A stretch of 64,000 nucleotides of DNA from Atractiella rhizophila (taxonomy: Eukaryota): the NCBI GenBank assembly GCA_021432655.1, contig MU271336.1, forward strand, positions 1 to 64,000, read 5' to 3'. Positions 27,235 to 37,365 of this stretch are shown here, piece by piece (within the stretch, counting starts at the first letter, position 1; each line of letters starts with the position of its first letter). The notes under the pieces were generated by a model. The model saw only the letters and a list, made by a program, of their open reading frames with translations, was not told where the DNA came from and made no database searches. A program made the translations under genes and the position numbers.

Positions 27235-29645
27235 GCTCTTCGAAAACACTGAGCTCTTTCTGCATGGAGAACGGGCAAAGAATCCCAATTTGGTCTTGGA
27301 GTTTAGGCTTACCCTCCAGTTGACATACTGGCTATGAAAAACTCGAACAGAGAGTGCAGCGAACGAGGTCAACGCCACTTCTGCATAACTTCCAACGAAC
27401 AGCACTTTTTCTCGGCCTGGCTCTACGTCGTTGACCCCACATTTGGGCTGAAAAGGTGTCAAAATGATGGCCTGTGTTACGGTTCGTGCCAAATTCACAG
27501 ACAAAAAATTAATGCAATTGCGTTATTACGTCAAAGCTCTTTACGAATCAAAAGGACTCTACTGTTGCAGAGCAGAGATAATCGCTGGCAAAACAGTTGA
27601 CCTATCTCAATTCATACGGTTAAAGACAACTAGTCCCTGAGGTCAAGACAGCAAGACTTGGGGCCATGAGCATTATTTTTGACGATGGGCATCAAATCGA
27701 TACCGAGAAGGATGAATGTGTATTAGTACCTAAGATGTATTATTTACAATAACCATGGTGGTAGAGATCTAGAAATACAGCATTGGGGTAATTAATCAAA
27801 AGTTATACGTTCTCTAGAATAAACTTGCCTGAAAGACAACTTATCTGAAGGACAAGAAATCTGGCAGAAATGGCGAAAGACTGCGTATTCCTATAGGCAA
27901 TAAGGGTTTAGGACGAGAGCAGCATCAAGTCAAGCAAGCGAGCGCGGGGAAGAATAAATGTGACGTTATTTGGCTTTTCTTGCTTCGATTCTGCTTTGAC
28001 ATGTTCAAGGAAGAGGGTCAAGCCTCAACAAACATCAGCCTGTATTCTTCTTTCAGATAACTTAACACAATACCGAGGGAGCATCTCAGAAATCTAACAA
28101 CTACACGTCAGATGATGGGAATACAAAGAAGATTAAACATCCGATACGAAGGTGCTTGCAAGCTTGCATGGAAGGCAGATTTTGAATTGAGATGCAACCA
28201 AACCGTGGTGCATGGTGTATCATCAGAGCAGATGATTGTTAACTGATGGGCACATCAGAGGATTCTTGGGCAGATTTGAGAAATCTGTGACAAAGATGAT
28301 GAATGGCAGTTTGCACGCCAAGGTCAGGCCAGCATAAGTTAACCACTAGAGTATGCCTTTATTGCAGTGACTGGACCTGAATGCCTAGTTCTATATTTCA
28401 TCGTTTCTGTTGAGAACAAATGGGCAAATGTTATCCCCCAACAACAACAAACGTGCAATGGCTTGCTCGATGCTCACAAAGTTCATTTTAATAAGGGTTC
28501 AATGAGACAGGGGGATCACTGTGGGTTACAGAAATGGGCAAGCATTTGGATCATGATGACATAACTTATTTCATTCAATTGCACATGGTGAGGGAGGTAT
28601 GAGGGCTCATCCTCCTCTGCTGAAAATCCAAAGAAAACACCAATTCTTGCAGTCAGTCCTCCTGCGCTCCGACACAAACACACACTATGAAGTTCTTAGA
28701 GAAAGATCGTATGAAGACAATCCTGAAGCTGGTGCCCAAAGCGACACAGCCATTGCAGCACAGGCATGGTGACGAGAGCAGGCAGTGAAGTGGGAGGACG
28801 AGGATTCACACTTGGAAAGGTTGAATCGTACGCGGAAAAGAAGAACTTGCAAAAGTAGTTCTGTGCGCTGGAAGTCGCGAACGAGTTGGAAGGAGAGCTG
28901 GACGATAGTGGTGTGGAGATTGTGGAATCAAGGGAAATTGGAGGGAAGGAGAAGGTCAACCTGCTTTCAGGAGTAGAGGAGATGGGGAGGTGGTTTGATA
29001 TGCCTTCTGAGGAGAGAAAGTCATTGGGGATATCGTGGTAGATCATTGATAGCTTGGATATGGGCATGGAGCGTCGTACTGAAGTTGTGCTCATATGGTT
29101 ATAAGTGTCTTTGCACGTAATCTTATGAGCTAAGATTGTTGATGAATATGGGAAGCCAATGGACACGCAAGTTGTTTTGTTTGACACATGAGCAGTATGT
29201 CTATGATACAATGCCTAAACGTGGGTCTGATAACAATCTTCATCATCGACGGAGTTCTTTGTCAAGAGTATTGAAGGTTACTTTCGGGTCAAAGTTGCGT
29301 ACGCTTGTCATTGAATGATGGCGTGGAGCCAAGCCTAACCGGGTTCACGACCTCAAAGAGGATGTATTTCAGTTAGGATTGAGTGTCTCCATTTCCTGAG
29401 AATCATGACTGAACGTAATTTCCTCCGATTTCTCTCTTTACATGGAGTTGACACTGAATCCATTCGCACTTCTTCATGAAGCTGAAAAGTTCTCTTTGTA
29501 CGAGTCAGCATAGTTCATTCATAGCGCTTTGCCTACGAAACTGTACCAATGAGCTAGGTCAATGTTTGCCAAACATAGGTACTGGATATCAAGCACGACT
29601 CACGATGGCCTTGTGAATGGGTCCTCCCACCTCCGTCCATCCAGT

Positions 29646-32600
29646 TCAGTGTGCCTCGATCATCGCGATGCGGTCGAGGCAGTAGGCCCTACCACGTTGA
29701 TCAGCCGTCGAGATGTACAGCTCCTCTGCCAGCTTGAATCGCTCCAGCGCTTCGTCGTTCCTCCCGCATCGCTCCAGCGCTTCGTCGTTCCTCCCGCATT
29801 GGAAAATCGATGTCCCCCATGGATTGGACGCAGTTTGCTCTCCCCTGTGCACTTCCCTGTCGAGATGTAACAGCTCCTCTGCCTGCTTGAATCGCTCCAG
29901 CGCTTCGTTGTTCCTCCCACATCGGAAATCGATGTTCCCCATGGATTTGACGCAGTTTGCTCTGCCCTGTGGATCTCCTGTCGAGATGAACAGCTCCTCT
30001 ACCTGCTTGAATCGCTCCAGCGCTTCGTCGTTCCTCCCGCATTGGAAATCGATGTCCCCCATGGATTCGACGCAGTTTGCTCTGCCCTGTGGATCTCCTG
30101 TCGAGATGAACAGCTCCTCTACCCCCTGTGGATCTCCTGTTGAGATGTACAGCTCCTCTGCCTGCTTGAATCGCTCCAGCGCTTCGTCGTTCCTCCCGCA
30201 TTGGAAATCGATGTCCCCCATGGATTCGACACAGTTTGCTCTCCCCTGTGGATCTCCTGTTGAGATGTACAGCTCCTCTGCCTGCTTGAATCGCTCCAGC
30301 GCTTCATCGTTCCTTCCGCATCGGAAATCGATCTTCGCAATGGCTTGGACACAGTCTGCGCGGTGTCTAATGCTTATACTGTTGTTCATAGAGTCATGCA
30401 GCTCTGTTAAGGCTCTACTAGTATACCCTCGAAAATCAAGATCTTTTCCAAGGTAGAACTGCAAGCGACTCATCACCACAGTAGACAACTCCTTTCTTGA
30501 TAGCATTCTCTGGAGCAGTTGCGTTGTATCAAAGCTCTTGAATTGGAGGATGTTTGCATTTTTCAACACGAATGCTTCAATGCTTTCATTCATTTCTGGA
30601 ACATGCAGTAGACTGTCAAGAACGACTTGTTGAAGGTTCACATATTCATCTCTGAACTCCAGTAAGGCATCTTGCTTCTTCGTCCCATCAAATTGGGCGA
30701 TTCTTTCTTGTGCTCTGCCCAACAGGCAATTGGCGAGAGGCTGAAGCGATTCTGCGACATGCAAAGAGAATGGGTCGATTCGCCTCAAAACAAGTTCGTT
30801 CATATATTTTCGAACAGGTGCGAGCATACGCAAGCGTCTCTTCGCCCCAGGAACCTCGTCTGCAAGACCAACGTCCACGATGGAGACAAGGGCACGGTAA
30901 TCTCCAGCAAGTAAGTCTTCCAGGTCGAGGAGCAGGAGACCATCTGGAGACCAAGACAGAAATGATAGGGCGAGGGAACTGCCGGGCAGTTCTTTGAGAA
31001 TGGGAGACGTGAGAGAAAATCCGAGCGATACGTCTAGAGTAGGTGTACCGTCTCTGCCATCAGCGTTTGCCGAAAAAACTGCGCTGGCTCGATGCCGCCA
31101 CTTTTCTAGAAGGACTGCTGCACTCGAGAAAGGATCGGAACGTGCTCTCAGAGCAAAAAGGCGGATCGACAGTGGATGGTAATCCAAACACAATAAAATG
31201 TCTTGTGTGACCGCCACATTTTGCGGGTCACGAGCTTTCTCATAGAAGTGACAAAAGGTATTGGTGGCTGCTTCCTTATCCTCCTTCAGCGTGCCAATGA
31301 CAACTGGCGCAAAGGCAGTGCTATTCACGTCGATAAGGGGCACACGCTGCCCGCGCATAGCAACAACGAGAATAGAACCCACTCCAGGTTCCCCAACAAC
31401 GGCCTGAAGGAAATGTTGCATCCGTTTCGAATCTGAGTGTGCAGGTGTCTCAAAATTGTCCAAGACGAGAAGACATTTATTGCTTCGAAAAAATCAGCGA
31501 CGGCCATCAAATCTGTGGTATCCAACTGGCGAGGTAGAGTGAAAACACGGGAACGCAGATGGCTCTCAAGCGCAGCGAAGGAAGTGAAGCCGTCACAACG
31601 GACCCAAAAGCGTCGCTCGACCAGAAAATGTCCTTCTCGAATTATGAAAGCAGCTTTCACAAGCTCGTCATGCAACGCAGCAAGTGCGACCGTCGATTTT
31701 CCGTTTCCGGCTAAACCTATGATTGCTACGTGCTGACCGCTTCGAATGGCCGTCCGCACAGCTTCAATCTCCTTCGTTTGCCCGTAGCAAAGTCCTCGTG
31801 GCGGGACAGGCTCTTTCTCATGAACCGCTACACGAGTAGGTTGAGCTGACGGACTTGTCATTAGCCCATAATGAAGGCGGACCAAAAAGCATACCGAGGA
31901 TTATAGATTCTGCCACGGCTTTCATTTCATAACGCAGTCCCTCCAAGTGAGCTTTCGTTTCTCCAACAACTTCCTTCATCCTCCCAAACTCGTCCCATTC
32001 GACACAACCCAGCGTGTCGACGTTGAATCGATGGTAGCAGTGGCCGATCCCACGCATTCGCATTTCGTCCTTCATTGTTTAGTCGACGCGAGAGCAGTCT
32101 TCAACGACTTTTTTGAAGGCATCCTTGATTTTGTTCGGCGTCGACCCAAGTTTCACTGCGGAACGAATACCAACTCCCAAGGAGAGGAAACAAATGACTT
32201 CGGTCCCATCCCCCCAGATCCTCTTTGCCTCTGTCGCAGCGAAAGAGGATGGGTTGTTGTTGCCAATCAGGACATACTCTGTCCTGTCGAGAGTGATCGG
32301 AGGAAAGAACGTCGGTTCAGCGGATGTCGCTCTCGCAGCTTCTACTATGGAGCACTTGACAGACCTGCTACCAGAGGGGAGATGGTAAGTGCGCATCTCT
32401 ACAGGAACTACTGAGTTGGCTCCGTAAGTCGCAATGACAAAGGCTCGACATCGCTCGTCGAAGTTGGGATCGAGCATTGGAAGGCGCGCATCGTCCAAGG
32501 TGGAGAGCATCGATCTTTCGGACGGTGGGGCGTGATCTCTGGCGATCCTCTCGAAAATGCACTCAAAGGCTCTGTCGGAATAAGCGGATGAGCCCTCTGT

Positions 32601-33161
32601 ACGCAACGTCTTCTCGGAGAAGACCCCTCTTACGATCTCGTCGAAAGCATCCATACACTCTCGGACAGTCATCCCCAACCTCCCAAGCATCAAAGCAATC
32701 CATCCTCCGGTCGAAGTGCCGCAGATGAGGTCGAAGAATTGGCATGGTCGAAGGGTTCTGGAGTCTGGCTTCCCAGGAAGAAGATCGGCTACTTGCTCCA
32801 TGATGGCTTCGAGCATGTAAAGGCACGAGAAGGCACAGACGCCTCCATTGTCGATCGAAAGGAGCCGAAGACCTTTGGTATTAACCTTCTTGATATCCGC
32901 AAGCCGTATCTGCAAGTCGCGGTCGATCATCGTATTTCTGATGGGCTCGGAATGCGATATGGACGGCGGAGGGATCGGTTGATTTGATAGAGGAACACTT
33001 GGTAGCGTTACGCGGGGGTACGCAGGTTGTGATGGGTGTAACTTCGGTTGACTCCCATTTGATTCGTTCGGAAATGAATCAGCGGGTTTTGCAACCTCAG
33101 CGTCAGCGTCGTAAGATGTGGAACGGCGGAGGCAGCAGATGCATCGGGAATGGTTGTTCAT
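29646..33161 (-). CDS. Fungal NLR-like gene: patatin-like phospholipase - STAND (NB-ARC-like) NTPase - TPR repeats; interrupted as assembled
   Basis: LRLLSIDNGG, PCQFFDLICGTSTGGWIALMLGRL, EAARATSAEPTFF (patatin); intron 31894-31846; Walker A GLAGNGKS, RRFWVRCD, Walker B CLLVLDNFET, LDYHPLSI, RMLAPVRKY; 40-aa TPRs. In-frame TAA at 32079-32081 and a frameshift at ~31490. Confidence 0.9.
29660..30365 (-). repeat. Tandem 120-bp TPR-coding repeats (~5 units plus a 39-bp partial unit and a 30-bp duplication)
   Basis: Unit GRANCV(E/K/Q)SMG(D/N)IDF(Q/R)CGRNDEALERFKQ(A/V)EEL(Y/F)ISTGDPQ, near-identical at DNA level. Confidence 0.97.
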
Positions 33162-34357
33162 GAGCGTACACGTTTTTCCGTTCTAACAAAGATAAAGGTC
33201 AATACAATATCCACTTTTGCATTGCAACGGTGCCAATGCAGCATGCAAAGCTCAATCGTAACATGGGCAGCTATGTTGAAAGCAATGCCTCAGTCATTCC
33301 ACAAGAGAAAAAGCCTGATTCCAACAGTCGCAGGAAAGCTTTGAGGAGGAAGTGGTCACAAGCGTAGAACAACTCAGCTCAAAGCAACACTGACCGTACG
33401 TCATAGAAGTTGAAAGAAGGGTAGTGACAGTGTAAAACACGATGGCACACTAAACCGTTCCTCATGCCTTCCTCAACATTATTGCTAAGGTTCGATGCTC
33501 CAATACTGGCTTCAATAGCATCACTTCATGGAGATGTCACTGAGCATTTACTCGGTATGTAACGCAACGCGCGCAAAACATGCTAGTTTACAGTGATTGC
33601 TCCGTCTGAGGGTTTCCCATCTGGCCCCATACAAACGAGTGTTCGTTAGCAGGTAAAGTACACACCTTTGAAGGTACCGATCACAAAGTTCAGCTTGTTC
33701 AGTAACTGCCCTCCTAGGTAGCTCCCACAGAAGGGCATCGATGTTGCTTTCTTCGTCTTTTCGCGAAATTGGAACACATCAGCATGTCATTCATCAATTC
33801 GGAAATGACATTCCAGATGTGCTGCTTAACCTTGCTTCGTTTCAATGTTACATACTTTGCTCTGCTGATCACCGCAATGATCGGGACTATCTTCTCCAGC
33901 CGATTTGCAGGACAGACAAGGAAGGTGCAGTTCGTATCCGTCTACATCTGACACAGCATTGAAAATGGGTGACTAAGGACAGGGCAAGTATCTGTTCTAG
34001 ATGATGCCATCTATCCATTTCCCCACTCCGTTCGACGGATAACATCTCACAAAGCTCCCCTCCCCTTCCGAGGAATCTTCGAATCCGTCTGCACTCTTGC
34101 GGCATGCACAGTTAGAATACAATGATCATAATCGTACCTACGTCCTACTGCCTGGGGCGGTTCGGTTTATCGAGCAGTTCCTCCTTCAATGCACCTGGAT
34201 TCGACATCTCTGGCGGAGCAAACATCGAACAATTCTTTGTTCATGTTGGACATGACCCTAGCTTTATGCACATTCAATATGTCTTTCGTGATGTTGGTGG
34301 ACACGATCAAGCGTACAGGCTAGAAAACAAATTGAGACTGACTCCATCTGGGTTCTG

Positions 34358-35267
34358 ATCATATGTTTGATACCCATGCTGTCACCTGGTAGGTTTCCCA
34401 TGCTTCAACATTGAGGTATAGGATTTACCGTCTAGCTATGGGCAGTGGAATTGGAAGGGGAGAAAGGATGGGGGCTGGAAGTGAGAAACTCTCACAATAC
34501 ACATTGGGATCAATCAGGGGATGGTGACGATGGAGCTTTCATAAGAGAAGCAGCAAAAAACTGGTTGCCATTCCGTCATTCTTTGAGTACAGTCCCATGA
34601 GTACGTTTCCATCTCAGACGACGTAGATAACATTGAAGAAAGGTATGGGCTATGTACCTTTGCCACCTGGCGCAAATGAGCGCAAACAAGTACAAAACCT
34701 TCTGTTTCTGTGCGGTGATTTGCGCATATTGACCAACTTCCCTCTGCGACATTGCTCTACCATGCATTCAGGGCAATGATGGAGATAGCACTTTCTTATA
34801 CCTTCAGACTTTGCTGACAGGCTGACAGTAAGGCAACAAGACATCTAGATTTAATATCTGCTTGTCTCCTTTCTCCTTCAAAAGCTTGACACAGCAGACA
34901 CAACACAATCATGTTTACGACCGGGTTCTTGCTTTCACCTTATTTACAATGCGTTAATGGAACAAGTCAAGGCCGATTGAAGGGGGACACATTTCTCTAC
35001 CCATTGAAGTACAAGCCAGAGACAAGTGAAATTTACTAATACTCCCAAAATTTACCATGGCATACCGTGGTGGGAATGGGGCAGCTCTTTTGCAGGACAG
35101 ATGTCTTGTAGAAAAATCAACATGTCAAGTCATAAAGCAGTGGTCTCTAGAGCACTCATTCAGGTTGGGGTTGTCGTCATTGAAAAGAAAAAGAGATGGC
35201 ATGGAGCGGCGGACGGATCGTCCGGAGCCTAAAATTTTAACGAACGGACAGCTTATTGCCTCCCGTG
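34358..35267 (-). repeat. Inner right TIR copy
   Basis: Reverse complement of 26323-27234; carries a private variant at ~34775-34810. Confidence 0.95.
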
Positions 35268-36452
35268 ATTTTTCCGTTCTAACAAAGATAAAGGTCAATA
35301 CAATATCCCCTTTTGCATTGCAACGTGCCAGTGCAGCATGCAAAGCTCCATCGTAACATGGGCAGCTATGTTGAAAGCAATGCTTCAGTCATTCCACAAG
35401 AGAAAAAGCCTGATTCCAACAGTAGCAGGAAAGCTTTGAGGAGGAAGTGGTCACAAGCGTAGAACAACTCAGCTCAAAGCAACACTGACCGTACGTCATA
35501 GAAGTTGAAAGAAGGGTAGTGACAGTGTAAAACACGATGGCACACTAAACCGTTCCTCATGCCTTCCTCAACATTATTGCTAAGGTTCGATGCTCCAATA
35601 CTGGCTTCAATAGCATCACTTCATGGAGATGTCACTGAGCATTTACTCGGTATGTAACGCAACGCGCGCAAAACATGCTAGTTTACAGTGATTGCTCCGT
35701 CTGAGGGTTTCCCATCTGGCCCCATACAAACGAGTGTTCGTTAGCAGGTAAAGTACACACCTTTGAAGGTACCGATCACAAAGTTCAGCTTGTTCAGTAA
35801 CTGCCCTCCTAGGTAGCTCCCACAGAAGGGCATCGATGTTGCTTTCTTCGTCTTTTCGCGAAATTGGAACACATCAGCATGTCATTCATCAATTCGGAAA
35901 TGACATTCCAGATGTGCTGCTTAACCTTGCTTCGTTTCAATGTTACATACTTTGCTCTGCTGATCACCGCAATGATCGGGACTATCTTCTCCAGCCGATT
36001 TGCAGGACAGACAAGGAAGGTGCAGTTCGTATCCGTCTACATCTGACACAGCATTGAAAATGGGTGACTAAGGACAGGGCAAGTATCTGTTCTAGATGAT
36101 GCCATCTATCCATTTCCCCACTCCGTTCGACGGATAACATCTCACAAAGCTCCCCTCCCCTTCCGAGGAATCTTCGAATCCGTCTGCACTCTTGCGGCAT
36201 GCACAGTTAGAATACAATGATCATAATCGTACCTACGTCCTACTGCCTGGGGCGGTTCGGTTTATCGAGCAGTTCCTCCTTCAATGCACCTGGATTCGAC
36301 ATCTCTGGCGGAGCAAACATCGAACAATTCTTTGTTCATGTTGGACATGACCCTAGCTTTATGCACATTCAATATGTCTTTCGTGATGTTGGTGGACACG
36401 ATCAAGCGTACAGGCTAGAAAACAAATTGAGACTGACTCCATCTGGGTTCTG

Positions 36453-37365
36453 ATCATATGTTTGATACCCATGCTGTCACCTGGTAGGTTTCCCATGCTT
36501 CAACATTGAGGTATAGGATTTACCGTCTAGCTATGGGCAGTGGAATTGGAAGGGGAGAAAGGATGGGGGCTGGAAGTGAGAAACTCTCACAATACACATT
36601 GGGATCAATCAGGGGATGGTGACGATGGAGCTTTCATAAGAGAAGCAGCAAAAAACTGGTTGCCATTCCGTCATTCTTTGAGTACAGTCCCATGAGTACG
36701 TTTCCATCTCAGACGACGTAGATAACATTGAAGAAAGGTATGGGCTATGTACCTTTGCCACCTGGCGCAAATGAGCGCAAACAAGTACAAAACCTTCTGT
36801 TTCTGTGCGGTGATTTGCGCATATTGACCAACTTCCCTCTGCGACATTGCTCTACCATGCATTCAGGGCAATGACGGATATATCATCTTATACCTTCAGC
36901 TTCAGACTTTGCTGACAGGCTGACAGTAAGGCAACAAGACATCTAGATTTAATATCTGCTTGTCTCCTTTCTCCTTCAAAAGCTTGACACAGCAGACACA
37001 ACACAATCATGTTTACGACCGGGTTCTTGCTTTCACCTTATTTACAATGCGTTAATGGAACAAGTCAAGGCCGATTGAAGGGGGACACATTTCTCTACCC
37101 ATTGAAGTACAAGCCAGAGACAAGTGAAATTTACTAATACTCCCAAAATTTACCATGGCATACCGTGGTGGGAATGGGGCAGCTCTTTTGCAGGACAGAT
37201 GTCTTGTAGAAAAATCAACATGTCAAGTCATAAAGCAGTGGTCTCTAGAGCACTCATTCAGGTTGGGGTTGTCGTCATTGAAAAGAAAAAGAGATGGCAT
37301 GGAGCGGCGGACGGATCGTCCGGAGCCTAAAATTTTAACGAACGGACAGCTTATTGCCTCCCGTG
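36453..37365 (-). repeat. Outer right TIR copy
   Basis: Reverse complement of 26323-27234; followed by TAT. Confidence 0.95.

Larger units (their letters stand above)
26323..37365. mobile_element. Putative non-autonomous TIR DNA transposon (~11 kb) carrying an NLR gene
   Basis: Left end tat|CACGGGAGGCAATAAGC, right end GCTTATTGCCTCCCGTG|tat; ~0.91-kb near-identical inverted repeats; 3-bp TAT on both flanks; no transposase ORF recognised. Confidence 0.75.
33173..37365 (+). repeat. Direct tandem duplication of ~2.1 kb (33173-35267 and 35269-37365), each unit ending in a TIR copy
   Basis: Identical ORF sets offset by 2095-2098 bp; junction ...ctcccgtg-a-tttttccgttctaac. Confidence 0.97.

Noticed and set aside
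29660..30365. CRISPR-like or DGR-like array
   Set aside because: Units are contiguous in-frame coding repeats without unique spacers; no cas gene or reverse transcriptase; eukaryotic context.
29701..30456. Alternative-frame and antisense ORFs over the TPR array
   Set aside because: Shadows of the repeat periodicity.
32079..32081. A-to-I stop-codon editing of the NLR
   Set aside because: Known fungal cases are mainly UAG in ascomycete sexual tissue; here the codon is UAA in a probable basidiomycete.
33173..37365. LTR retrotransposon (direct repeats)
   Set aside because: Repeats abut each other, lack TG...CA ends, and enclose no gag/pol.
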